Source: Gordius albopunctatus (lineage: Eukaryota). Taken from it: a stretch of 64,000 nucleotides of DNA. The DNA lies in contig OZ193910.1 of the NCBI GenBank assembly GCA_964276515.1, forward strand, positions 3,906,001 to 3,970,000, given 5' to 3'. The notes below the pieces were generated by a model. It was not told where the DNA came from. It searched no databases and saw only the letters and a program-made list of their open reading frames with translations. A program made the position numbers and the translations under genes. Shown piece by piece: positions 1 through 11,201 of the stretch (positions are counted from its first letter, which is position 1; each line of letters begins with the position of its first letter).

Positions 1-106
1 GACTTAAGTCGAGAGAACTGCACATGAGCAGCTTTATAAAGGCATAAATAAATGCGTACTTAGAACTTTTAAAAATGTTATATTAATTGAAAATCTATTT
101 ATTATA

Positions 107-598
107 CAGTCTTGTTAAGGAGCGGCGCTCCTGTAGCGCCGCTACATTTTTTCAAAAAATGCTGGAGCGCCCCTCCTTTTTAAAATTGAGGAGCGGGAGT
201 AGCTCCTTTTATGGGCCGCTCCTCCGCTCCTTTAAATTTAATATATAAATTATATTATTTTTTAAATATTAATAATATTTGTTAATTTAATGAAAATATA
301 ATTTTATTTAAATTTATTCATTATTAAATGTTGAGCCGAGTTTTATATTGATTTTTCATCTAATCACTTGAATTTTTGCATAGTCGAGACCCTTTTTTTG
401 CTCTCAGGAAAATTTTGGATAGTCAAGGAAAATTTTTGGATAGACGAGACCTTTTTTAAAATGGTTTTAATTATTTTTGGAAAATCAAAGGAGCGCTTAT
501 GGAGCGGCACTCCATTAGTTGGAGTGGGAGCGCTCCTTTTAATATTTAGTAGCGGGAGCGGGAGTTGCTACTTTTAAAAAGGAGCGTTAACAAGACTG
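107..598. mobile_element. Non-autonomous TIR element (hAT-like MITE)
   Basis: 12-bp perfect terminal inverted repeats CAGTCTTGTTAA (107-118) / TTAACAAGACTG (587-598); subterminal GGAGCG/CGCTCC motifs at both ends; AT-rich flanks give only an imperfect TSD. Confidence 0.75.
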
Positions 599-1122
599 TT
601 TATTTATAATATAACTTTATACTTATATATTAAAATTAATACAAACTTAAAAATTATAAAGTCTTGCGCGCGTTTTATTTATGATAATGGTTTGGACTTT
701 GGATCTAAATCATAAAAAAGAAAAAAAAATGTTAAATTTCAAGATAACTACAATTATAAATCGTCATTATAAATAGCGCCGTGCCTGACGGGGATTTTGA
801 AAATGGCAAAAAGTTCGAGGCAAATGTTGCATAGAACAAGGCGGCTATTAGTATTTTTAATAAACAAAAAAATATATTTTAATTATATGAATAACCTTAT
901 CATAAGAGTTACACTTAGAAACTGTTTAAAAAACATTAAATAGTTATTTTCGACTTGTAGTAGCCTTAACAAAATTTTGTATTTTTCTCGTTTTTATATT
1001 TTAGGCTGGCTTATTGTACACAGAAATAGTTTTGTAACTAATTTCTTATGATATGACTAAATATCCTTTTATAAAAGGGGGACGTAAAGTTCTTTAGTTT
1101 AGTTTCATATGGTTAGTATCTA

Positions 1123-1297
1123 GAGTGTGATACAAAAACACGACAAAACAAAAGTGTCCTGGCGTATATAACCAACGCATTTATAAGTTACAACTAATTG
1201 ACGATAATTTGATCGCCCACGCGCGTGTAAATAACCTCAACACGCAGGTAACTATCGTATCCCTGGAGGCACTTCGCTCTCCTATTACCCCTCTACA
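1123..1297 (-). repeat. 3' LTR of element A (outer ~36 bp missing)
   Basis: Aligns to 9453-9627 with about 7 mismatches in 175 bp; similarity stops at 1123 and no TSD is recoverable. Confidence 0.9.
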
Positions 1298-1309
1298 GTT
1301 CCCCCCTTT

Positions 1310-4300
1310 TTACAGACAAAATCCTTAAGGAATGCTGGCGGTTTCCGGCTACGTTGTGGGTATCTCGGTTCTTCCCTAGGCGTTCCTGTCTGGTTTTGGC
1401 TTTGTTCCCTTGTCGCACTTGTTACCCTGTTTTGCATTTGTTCCCTTGGCGCATTTGTTCCCTCTTCCCTTTCTAATGATATTCTTTGTGGCCACCCATT
1501 CTCTTGTCCCAGCGTGGTCCAATCCAGGATTCTCCGTTTCCTTACTTGATCCAGGTGTCGGTGGTGCTTTCTTCCCTGTGCCCATACATCGTAGGAACGA
1601 CTCCCGTGTTTGGCCTTTATCGTGTCTTCCACCCATTTGCTTAGTCCAGGAACATGCGTACCCACACCAAGTCTCCTACGTTGAACATTTGTAAGTTCCC
1701 GATCTCTCCCCATTGTTGTGGTACGGTTTCCCTTAATACCTCCCATTCGGTTCGCATACGCCTTTTTAACATCATCTCTGCCGGGCTTTTATTGGTTGCG
1801 GGATGTTTTGTCGATCTATAGTTTTCCAGAAATCTATTTATCCCTACTTCCGACTCGTTCCTCATGATGGCTTCTTTCATTAATCGTACGTATCTTTCGG
1901 CCAAACCGTTCGACGCAGAATGGTAAGGAGCTGTCCATCGCTGATTAATCCCTCTCATCTTGCAAAAATTTTGTAAATCCTGTCGTTTGAATTGTGGACC
2001 ATTATCCGATATTAGCCATGGTTGATTTCCAAATCTCGCAAACGTCTCTGCAAGTTTTTTTATAATGGTTGTCGATGTGGTGTCTTCTAATTTAAACACC
2101 TCTACCCATTTCGAGCTATTGTCCACCATCACGAGGTATGACTTACCCTTGAGAGGATCCATGATATCGATATGTACTTGGACCCATGGTTTATGGCTAG
2201 GTTGACACTCTATCAACGGTGCCTTCTTCGCCGCCGTGGCCGTGTAATTGCAATTCCGGCACCCTTTCGCTACACTCAATAAGTCATCGTCGAGAGTAGG
2301 CCACCATATATACTGCCGCGCCATTTCTTGCATTCGCTTGATACGAACGTTGCTCCTATATAGTCTTTGGAGTACCGCTCCTCGTAACTTAGCCAGAATT
2401 AACATTCGTCGCCCTTTGTAATATATTATGCTCTTGGCCTCATGCAACTTTGGCAGGTGTTTTTCGTAGGTGCATTTTAGCCCACCCGTGACCATTGTGT
2501 TTTGTTTACCCTTAATCCACTCTTTTACTTGCCGTAGCCCCGGATCCCTCAAGGTGGGTTGTCTTACTACGTCCAATGAAATAAACGGATTCGTCGAGTC
2601 TTCTGGGATTTCCTCGGTAACCTGATACGCGTGTTCGTTCGGTTTCCTGGACAAGAAATCTGCCGCGTTTTCGGCTCCCTTGTTATACTCAAACTTGGTC
2701 ATGTAGCCAGATACCATGAGCGCCCACCTAGTTAGACGAGGTGACCATTGTTCCTTGCCCTTTTTGCTCTGGTCAAATATATATACTAGCGGTCTATGAT
2801 CCGTCATAATAGTAACGCTTCGTCCCTGTATATATTCATTGAACTTTTTTAGTCCATACACCACCGCCAGGGCCTCTCGTTCGATCGTCGCATACCGGCT
2901 TTTGCTATCGTTCTAACGCTCTTGACGCATAGACCACCACCCTCCAATTCTCTCCTGGTGCTCGTTGCTGTAAGATGGCCCCTAACACTGTACTAGAGGC
3001 GTCTACGACCAGGCCCGTCTCCCAATCTCCATTAAAGTACGCCAGTACGGGGGCTTTCGTAAGGGCGGATTTGATAGCTTCAAACGCGCCTTGTTGTTCT
3101 CCACCCCTGTGGTACACCACATTTTTTTCATTAGTTTCTGAATCGGGTGTATGATTTTGGCGTAGTCCTTAATGAAATTTGCAAAGTATGCTGTTAACCC
3201 AAGGAAGGATTTTATTTCTTTTTTGTTTGTTAAATTTTCCACTGCTTGACTATCTCGGCTTTATTGTGGTTGATTTGAATCCCTTTGTTACTTATTACGT
3301 ATCCCAAAAAGGTTACTTCCTTCGCCCACAAGTTGCTCTTGGCAATGTTTGGCACGAAACCCCCCCCCCCTTTTGTAACGTTTCTAGTACCTTGAGTAAA
3401 CGCTCGTTGTGAATTTCTTCCGTTTCCCCTGCAATTAGTATGTCGTCGATGTATACCGCTACCCCCTCCATGCCTCCTAATATTTGTTCCATTGTTTTTT
3501 GGAAAATAGCCGCGGCACAATTTAAACCAAACGGCATCCGGTTAACTTTGAATAAGCCCTTGTGAGTCGAGATCGTCAACCGTTGGCTCGTCTCTGGTCC
3601 TAATTTAAGCTGTAAGTACGCTTTCGTAAGGTCCAGCTTCGTAAAATAACACGCGTTATCGAGTTTATTTAACAAATCGTCGATTTTGGGTAAGGGGTAC
3701 AGCAACCCTTGTGCGTATTTATTTATCGTAAACCGGTAGTCTATACATAATCGCAGACTCCCATCGCTTTTTTTCACGGGTACCACTGGGCTGGCCCATC
3801 TTAAGAAATAGATTAGTTCTATCACCCCGTCTCTGACCCATTTATTCAGCTCTTCTTCTATTTCTTTCTTCCACGCCATCGGCACTCTTCAAACTGGGAT
3901 AAATACGGGATCTATGCCCTCTTTTACCGGTACTTCCACCGTTATTCCCTTGACTGCTTGCGGGAATTCGTTTCGCTGGCCCTCCCATCTCTTCATCACG
4001 TGCTGGATCGCTAACTTGGTATCCTTCGGTCTTCCAACGTAATTGACCGCGAACCGTTCCGCCGCTGTTCTCGAGTTCCAAAGTATTTGACGCCATATTT
4101 CGGGTTCAAATTCTTGTATCCAATCGATCCCGCATAGCGGCGGCCCCGCTACGTCTGCTTGCAATAATGACAGCTGTTTCCTCGTGTTACCCAATCGGAC
4201 ATCGGCTTGTACCTTGGCTACGATCTTTATTTCCCCGTAGCCGTAGGCGTACACCGTCGGGACAGCCTCTTTGTTGCGTGTGATCTCCTTTGCCCATCTT

Positions 4301-4384
4301 CGCGCCGGTAATATCGAAACCGTAGCGCCGGTATCGAAGATAAATTGGAACAATTCGTTATTAATATATATCAACTGTTAACAC
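1310..4384 (-). pseudogene. Element A pol (protease, RT, RNase H, integrase), multiple frameshifts
   Basis: ORF fragments with FDTGATVS, RLCIDYR...LDLTKAYLQL...MPFGL...YIDD, VVDASS, TDHRPL, VHID...SDNGPQF...SNGLAER. Confidence 0.93.
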
Positions 4385-4657
4385 TGTAACGAAGTGGCCG
4401 GGGGAGATAACGCTAAACTCAGATTCTAAACCAAGAGACTACATCAAAAGACAGAGACTCTTTTATTAGGTGGATAAGGCTTTTTATACACATAGCGAAG
4501 GACATATATAAAAGTAGTAATCAAATAAGAGATAAAGTACGGTGTAAACTAAGGTATATTCAAATGGCTAAGCGTATATTCAATTATCTGTGACCGCGCT
4601 CAAGTATAGGAAAAACGCGTGTATTCAAATTGAAACCTTGAATGCGGCTACACTACA
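4385..4657 (-). repeat. 3' LTR of element B
   Basis: Direct repeat of 8519-8791; preceded on the minus strand by the PPT AAGGAGGGAGAAG (4658-4670). Confidence 0.97.
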
Positions 4658-4669
4658 CTTCTCCCTCCT

Positions 4670-7600
4670 TTAAGTGGAACCTTGAGGATATCTGACAGTT
4701 GGCACTGATACTCTTTTATAAGGAAGTATATTGTCTTCTGAAATCGCTGCTGGATCTGGTCGTTTGACTGCTCTCATATGGTCGGGGTGTTTTATTTGAG
4801 TTTTGTCACCCAATTGTACGTCATAGGCCAAGTAACTGTTTTTTGTAAGGACTTGACCTTCTCTCCACCCTGGAGATCTGTCATTTTTTACCCAAACTTT
4901 TTGATTTGGAGCAAAATCACGGTATTCCAGGCCACGGTTCCTGTAATATTTTTGTTTCCAAACGGAATCACTGATTTTCTCCTTTCGTGTCCATTTTAAT
5001 TGATCAAGAGTTGTTCGAAGTCTTCTATTGAACATACCTTCCCCCGGACTAATACCCGTCGTGGTATTTACCGTCGTTCGCATATTAAATAAAACTTGTA
5101 ATAAATTTTCACGATCGTTCAGGCCTTGTCTCCTCCCCGCAAAAAATTTGCTCTTTATGGTCCGTATATATCTTTCTGCTAGACCGTTTGTTCTAGGGTG
5201 GTACGGTGCGCCTCGAAAATGTCGTATTCCATTTCTTTTGCAGAAAGTTGTAAATTCATATGATGTGAATTGAGGACCATTGTCACTAACTATATAACGA
5301 GGAAGCCCAAATCTGCAGAATAAAACTCGTAAATTATAAATAATGTTAGACGTGTTGATTTGTTTTATAACCATAACTTCCGGCCATTTAGTGAGGGCAT
5401 CAATACAAACCAACCAATAAGTATTTGATATTGGCCCCGCCAAATCAATGTGAATCCTTTCCCATGGTTTGTTGGGAATATTCCAGCTGGACATTGGTAC
5501 TTCTTTCGTTAAAGGCCTACCTTCTTGGCAATTATTACAACTATTTACATATTCCTCTATATCATTGTCCATGTTGGTCCAATAAACATAGTATCTCGCT
5601 GATGATTTCATCGCTCCAATCCCCGGGTGCCCCTTATGTAGTATTTTTAAAACTTGTGACTTTAAACCAGAAGGAATGATAATTCTATCATTGAAATATA
5701 GTAGGTTATCTTCCAATGATATATAATTCTTCAAATCCAAATATTTTTTAACTTTATCATTAGAAATATCTCCTTGCCAATTATTTTGAAATAATTTAAC
5801 AACTTCTTTAAGAATATCGTCTTTTAAAGTTTCATTAATCAAAGTTTTTCTATTAATTGTTAAGTCATCAATTAGATTTAATTTAATTAGTTTATCTTCA
5901 AACTCCTCTTCCGGATCAGAATAATTTGAAACTGGCATTAATCTTGATAAAGCGTCGGCACATTGATTCCATGATCCCGGCATATATTTAATATCAAAAT
6001 TATAGTGCATAAGTTTCGTCGCCCATCTGACTAAACGATTATTTGTTACTTTACTCAAATCCCTATTAGGACCGAAAATCCTTTCCAATGGGCGGTGGTC
6101 TGTAATTAATGTAAATTTCCTACCGTAAATGTATTCGTGAAATTTTTGTATAGCAAACATGATTGCGGCAGCTTCTCGGTCAATAACCGAATAATTACGT
6201 TCAGCTGGACTAAGTGTCCGAGAGGCGAAAGCAATCGGTCTTTCATGTCCATTTAAGAATTTATGTGAGATAACTGCTCCTAAACCGGTTTCAGAAGCGT
6301 CGCATGATATTATAATAGGTATATTATTTTGATATGGAATTATTGTTTTATCTGTTGAGATTAAGTTTTTTATATTGTTAAATGCTTGTTTTTCTGTTAT
6401 AGTCCAATTCCATTTGACTTTAGTAGATGTTAATTTATACAAAACTGAACTTTTAGATTGCAAATTTGGAATAAAACTTTCAAGGTAGTTAACTAGACCC
6501 AGGAATGATTTTAATTCTTTGCGATTAGTTGGTTCTTTAAATTTTTTAATCGACTCCACCTTATCTTCACTAGGGTGAATGCCACTTGCATCTATCGTAT
6601 GACCCAAAAATTTAACAGATTTTTTGAACAATTGAAATTTGTTTAGGGACGTTGTTAATCCTGCCTTTCTAATTAAATTTAGTGTTTCTAGTAGATTTTT
6701 ATTATGGTCTTCCTTGTTTTTCCCACTTATTATTATATCATCCATAAAAACACTTACGCCTTTTAAACCTTTGAGCAAGTTTCTCATATAACGGTGAAAG
6801 ATTATTGGGGCTGTTGTTAAACCGAAAGGAAGCCTTAAATATTGAAAATACCCTACATGTGTGGCTATGTTCAACAATTTTGAACTTTCCTCCGAAACTT
6901 GTAATTGCAAAAAAGCATCTTTTAAGTCTATGATCGAAAATATTTTACCACCCGATATTTCACTCGCGACGTCCTTGAACGTTGGGAGAAGATCGTTGTC
7001 CTTTGATAGATATTTATTTAATGTCACTCTGAAATCACCACATATACGGACGTCACCGGATTTCTTCCTTATGTTAACCGTAGGTGTTGCCCATTTGATT
7101 GGAGTTATTGTTGGATCGATTTTTCTAATAACCCCTTCACTTTCTAAACGTTTCAATTCTTTTTCGATAGCTTGACGCATGGGAAATGGTACCCGCCTCG
7201 CCATGTAGCTTATGGGACATGCTGTTTTTTCCACCTCAATCACGACTTTAAGGTCTTTAACTTTACCCAATTTTTGACTAAAAACTGTTGGGAACTGTTT
7301 AAAAATATCGTCTTCCGTTAAATATTTTTTTTCATCGGAAATAACATTTAATTTAATGATTGGTGGAAGTGATAATTTATATTTAATGATATGAGGGATG
7401 CCGAAAATCAAATTTCCTTTACCTTTAATAACATGTGCATCTATGACATGTGATATTTTGTTAACTTCTACCTTGGCATTGCATTTCCCCAAAGTTTGAA
7501 TTTTGGTTTTGCCATAACCATATATCTCCGAACCCGGTGTTAGGGGTGGCTTACCTATGCTACGCCACGTTGGTTCATCTATAACTGTGCAAGCGGCACC

Positions 7601-8452
7601 CGTATCGAATTGAAACGTATATGGTCTCTCATTGATCAAAACATCAATCTCCGCTTTCGTTATCTCGTCTTTGTTTTTTAAAGCGGATATGTTCCTTGGC
7701 GGAAAAGGAGGATTCGACCAGCAGTCTCGGGCAAGATGATTCGCTCTCCCACACCTATAACATACTACTTTCCTGTTCCTAAAAGTGCTAAATTTAGGAA
7801 CGGTTTTAGAAAAAGTATTAGAATTATTATTCCGAATCCCGAATGTTTTATCCTGTCGTACTTTATTTATCTCCAATTCGTTGGACGTTTCACCTTCAAT
7901 TGATGAAAGAGCCAGCGCAAGATTTACCGTTTCATCAAACGTTATGTTACCTAAGGGGTATTTGGCCCTTAATTCAATATTTAACCTAGGTAATTTGACC
8001 CCTAGGATAAATATATCACGTAAAATTTCATCAGTGGGTAAATTATATTTGCACCGATTTATAATATTTTTGAGTTTTATTGAAAAATCTATTATACTCT
8101 CATTAGTTCTCTCCGATTTAAATAATATTTCTCTGTAATGGTAAATTGAATTTTTATCTGAATATATCCTTATCAAAGATTCCTTAATTTCCTCATAAGT
8201 AACGCTATCCACATCCTTAGGATATATTTGACTTCTAATTTTACTCAAATGTGAACTTCCGATGTACGACAATAAAACTATTTTTCTAAAATCTCCCGTA
8301 ATATTTCTAAGGCGAAAAATTAATTCTACATGATAAAGATAATCATCAATATTTTTAGTTGCATCATACGATGGTATATCTCTAACCCTATCAAGAGAAT
8401 ATCCAGAATCTAATTCGGATTTTGACCCAATGTCCGGCTTCTTCTCCGTCAT
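4670..8452 (-). CDS. Gag-Pol polyprotein of element B (1260 aa)
   Basis: CCHC knuckle CYRCGRANHLARDC; protease FDTGA; RT LPFGL/FMDD; RNase H CDASETG, TDHRPL; integrase HKGH..CNNC, HID/SDNG/LAER. Confidence 0.97.
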   Translation of the reverse strand: MTEKKPDIGSKSELDSGYSLDRVRDIPSYDATKNIDDYLYHVELIFRLRNITGDFRKIVLLSYIGSSHLSKIRSQIYPKDVDSVTYEEIKESLIRIYSDKNSIYHYREILFKSERTNESIIDFSIKLKNIINRCKYNLPTDEILRDIFILGVKLPRLNIELRAKYPLGNITFDETVNLALALSSIEGETSNELEINKVRQDKTFGIRNNNSNTFSKTVPKFSTFRNRKVVCYRCGRANHLARDCWSNPPFPPRNISALKNKDEITKAEIDVLINERPYTFQFDTGAACTVIDEPTWRSIGKPPLTPGSEIYGYGKTKIQTLGKCNAKVEVNKISHVIDAHVIKGKGNLIFGIPHIIKYKLSLPPIIKLNVISDEKKYLTEDDIFKQFPTVFSQKLGKVKDLKVVIEVEKTACPISYMARRVPFPMRQAIEKELKRLESEGVIRKIDPTITPIKWATPTVNIRKKSGDVRICGDFRVTLNKYLSKDNDLLPTFKDVASEISGGKIFSIIDLKDAFLQLQVSEESSKLLNIATHVGYFQYLRLPFGLTTAPIIFHRYMRNLLKGLKGVSVFMDDIIISGKNKEDHNKNLLETLNLIRKAGLTTSLNKFQLFKKSVKFLGHTIDASGIHPSEDKVESIKKFKEPTNRKELKSFLGLVNYLESFIPNLQSKSSVLYKLTSTKVKWNWTITEKQAFNNIKNLISTDKTIIPYQNNIPIIISCDASETGLGAVISHKFLNGHERPIAFASRTLSPAERNYSVIDREAAAIMFAIQKFHEYIYGRKFTLITDHRPLERIFGPNRDLSKVTNNRLVRWATKLMHYNFDIKYMPGSWNQCADALSRLMPVSNYSDPEEEFEDKLIKLNLIDDLTINRKTLINETLKDDILKEVVKLFQNNWQGDISNDKVKKYLDLKNYISLEDNLLYFNDRIIIPSGLKSQVLKILHKGHPGIGAMKSSARYYVYWTNMDNDIEEYVNSCNNCQEGRPLTKEVPMSSWNIPNKPWERIHIDLAGPISNTYWLVCIDALTKWPEVMVIKQINTSNIIYNLRVLFCRFGLPRYIVSDNGPQFTSYEFTTFCKRNGIRHFRGAPYHPRTNGLAERYIRTIKSKFFAGRRQGLNDRENLLQVLFNMRTTVNTTTGISPGEGMFNRRLRTTLDQLKWTRKEKISDSVWKQKYYRNRGLEYRDFAPNQKVWVKNDRSPGWREGQVLTKNSYLAYDVQLGDKTQIKHPDHMRAVKRPDPAAISEDNILPYKRVSVPTVRYPQGST

Positions 8453-8503
8453 CTTAATTGATAACTAGAACAATAACAGAGTATATTAGGTGTAGAAGTG
8501 TTT

Positions 8504-8516
8504 ATCCTCGTCGCCA
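8504..8516 (-). promoter_or_regulatory. Primer-binding site of element B (tRNA-Ser(GCU)-type)
   Basis: TGGCGACGAGGAT, 2 nt inside the 5' LTR boundary; complementary to the 3' end AUCCUCGUCGCCA of eukaryotic tRNA-Ser(GCU). Confidence 0.85.
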
Positions 8517-8518
8517 AA

Positions 8519-8791
8519 TGTAACGAAGTGGCCGGGGGAGATAACGCTAAACTCAGATTCTAAACCAAGAGACTACATCAAAAGACAGAGACTCTTTTAT
8601 TAGGTGGATAAGGCTTTTTATACACATAGCGAAGGACATATATAAAAGTAGTAATCAAATAAGAGATAAAGTACGGTGTAAACTAAGGTATATTCAAATG
8701 ACTAAGCGTATATTCAATTATCTGTGACCGCGCTCAAGTATAGGAAAAACGCGTGTATTCAAATTGAAACCTTGAATGCGGCTACACTACA
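8519..8791 (-). repeat. 5' LTR of element B
   Basis: Direct repeat of 4385-4657; the only difference seen is A8701 vs G4567. Confidence 0.97.
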
Positions 8792-8796
8792 AACAC

Positions 8797-9387
8797 ATAT
8801 AAAGCATGGTTTAACCTGGGAATCCGGACCGGCCCAGGCCATGCTTCTCGTCTCGCCACTACGCTCCACGCCTTTTCGACCCCGTGCTGCAAGGTGCTTA
8901 GCCCCCCATTTATCGTCTCGGCCGTTAATGCCAGCTCTCGTAGGCGGTCCCATTTGATGTCATTTTCTGCCAACAGTCTCGCCTGTAAGCTTATATCGCG
9001 CAATCCTATAATGAATTGGTCGACGATTCTGTTCTGCACTTCTTCATTTCCGAAGTTGCAGCTGTTAGCCCCGGCCTTGAGTCTATTAGCGTACGCGTCT
9101 ATCGTCTGTCCCTGGCCTTGTCGGACCTTTGAGAATTCGTACCTCTTTGCCCTCGTACATGAATTTCTCTGGAATAATTTCCTTAACCGATTTTTCGCTT
9201 CTTTGTATGTAATTCCTGTCAACTCTTGCGGGCTATAATCCTCTAGTATTAATTGGAATGCATCCCCCTCGAGGCTGGTTAATAATAGCGCGGTTTTTTT
9301 TTCATCTGTCTCCGTCTTATTGTTCCTAAGGAATAACTCAAATTGAGTTAAGAAAGCGTCGATGAGCCGTTGTTTTATATTTCTGCA
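8797..9387 (-). pseudogene. Element A gag
   Basis: IDAFLTQFELF...RQGQGQTIDAYANRLK...CNF...DQFIIGLRD; colinear with the copy at 28490-29087. Confidence 0.9.
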
Positions 9388-9416
9388 TCTCCGCGTAGGT
9401 TTCGCCACGATGCCAC

Positions 9417-9627
9417 TGTTAAGGGCTGATATTTATTCACCTAAACTATTAGGAGTGTGATACAAAAACACGACAAAACAAAAGTGTCCTGGCGTATATA
9501 ACCAACGCATTTATAAGTTACAATCAATTAACGATAATTTGATCGCCAACCCGCGTGTAAATAACGTCAACACGCAGGTAACTATCGTATCCCTGGAGGC
9601 ACTTCGCTCTCCTATTACCTCTCTACA
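9417..9627 (-). repeat. 5' LTR of element A
   Basis: TG...CA termini; adjacent PBS-like sequence at 9400-9415; direct repeat of 1123-1297. Confidence 0.92.
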
Positions 9628-10616
9628 GAAAGCACCGTTGCTTTTGGTGTTTTCCAATAACAAACATTTGTTTGTCAGTGCCTGTCTGATTTGTTAAAAA
9701 AAGTATGGTGAGTTTTTCTTTATTTGATTTTAAACCCATGACTTTTTCGGTATTAAAAGCAAAAGTGCTTTTGCGTCCAGCTTTGTAAAATAAACCTGTT
9801 TCATCACAATTGTAAATATTATCTGGATCATAAGATTCAAGAAACTGTGATAATAATTTTTCTCTCCAATATGAAGCTGTAACAAAATCAGCATTACCCA
9901 TTTCATTATTTGTAGAGTAGCAATTGATATTGTTCCTGGTACGGAATCTCTATCCAACTAGAATCTGGAATGCCTAAGATTATTATTTAAAAAATATAAA
10001 TTTGTTCAAAAAGGCTAATTAAAAATTATTTTAAAAACTTGATCATTGATGATAAAAATATTAATTTAAAAAATTTACCTTCATTAAAATGATTTGAAAA
10101 AGATTTTGCCTTTTTAAGAAGCAAAGGACCATTAATTGCACATTGTTTTGAACTAATTTCTGAGAACCATTTTAGAAGGGCTTGTTCTGTCTTTATGTAT
10201 TGTGCTAAATTAAATAATTTTTATTTATACAAACAATATTACTTTTTCTTTGTCTTTTTTATTGAGAGATATGTTATTAGAAGCAGTTGTTTTCAAATCG
10301 GTAGCATTTTTGCATATACGGTATATTGTTCCTAATCCCACATTGTAATTTTTGGCTAAAGTTGATTTACTGGTAAGTTTGGCTTCTATAATTTTCAACT
10401 TTTCATAGTAAGTTAATTTTTTTTCATTCTCACTTAACCACAAAATAATAAAATACCTTTAAAATTTTCTTAGTAATGCGATTTTTATCACTTATACAAT
10501 TCTCACTTATAAATATATTTTGCGCAAAATTTAAACGATGTGTTCAAAATATCGCGGTTATTTATCATTTATAAATATTACCATTTATCTGATTCTCATT
10601 TATACAATTTCGACTG
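9628..10616 (-). mobile_element. pogo/Tigger DNA transposon, 5' half, with intron-containing transposase pseudogene
   Basis: TA|CAGTCGAA terminus at 10616; HTH KLTYYEKLKII...YNVGLGTIYRI; CENP-B-like EQALLKWF...INGPLLLKKA; DDE start IYNCDETGLFYK; truncated by the LTR of A at QRCF. Confidence 0.88.
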
Positions 10617-11201
10617 TATAGCTTTATAAAATTTCACTTTGTCATAAACTCTAGGGAAATAGCCCAGCTTATGGCCACATCTTTAAGTTATAACGATTTA
10701 GTTGTATTTAATTTCAAGCCCCAAAAAGTTAAATGTAATAGTTAGGTAGTAGTTTCAAGAAAAAAAAACAAGTTATTCTCAACAATTTTAAGATTCTTTA
10801 AAAATATTTTTATTTTGTAACTTCTACCAATTTATACAATTCACCGAATAAAACCCCATAGTTTTAACTTAATTCAAAATTTGCACGATATAATTTTTAA
10901 GGTATGGCCATCACATATAACTAAACATTCAGCCTTCATATATTAAAGGTAAATCTGATAGCAATAAAAGGATTCAAAATATATCGTAGAAAGAGATGAC
11001 TGTACACAAAAAGTTGCTCTCTTTTATTTAATAAATAATATGATTTACAGATATAGTGCTCATAAACTTTAATATGTCTTTTTTATATTTTGTACACATT
11101 CTACAGTCATTTAAATAAAAATAATAAATTTAAAGAAATAATTTCATGTTTATTTATTTTAAATCAGTTTTAATTGTGATTTACAACGTATTTAACGATT
11201 C

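Larger units (their letters stand above)
4385..8791 (-). mobile_element. Intact Ty3/Gypsy (Mag-like) LTR retrotransposon, element B
   Basis: 273-bp TG...CA LTRs (4385-4657, 8519-8791) with 1 visible mismatch; 5-bp TSD AACAC (4380-4384, 8792-8796); PBS; PPT; single uninterrupted ORF. Confidence 0.98.
1123..9627 (-). mobile_element. Ty3/Gypsy (Mag-like) LTR retrotransposon, family A, decayed and interrupted by element B
   Basis: LTRs at 9417-9627 and 1123-1297; PBS-like TGGCATCGTGGCG next to the 5' LTR; PPT AAAAAGGGGGGAAC next to the 3' LTR; gag-PR(DTGA)-RT(YIDD)-RNaseH-IN order in frameshifted ORFs. Confidence 0.95.

Noticed and set aside
368..577. 69-aa ORF
   Set aside because: Lies within a MITE, starts at TTG, no recognisable motif
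4778..9238. Plus-strand ORFs opposite gag-pol (also at 25.5-29.3 kb, and minus-strand ones at 34-37.6 and 42-45 kb)
   Set aside because: Antisense shadows of retroelement coding sequence
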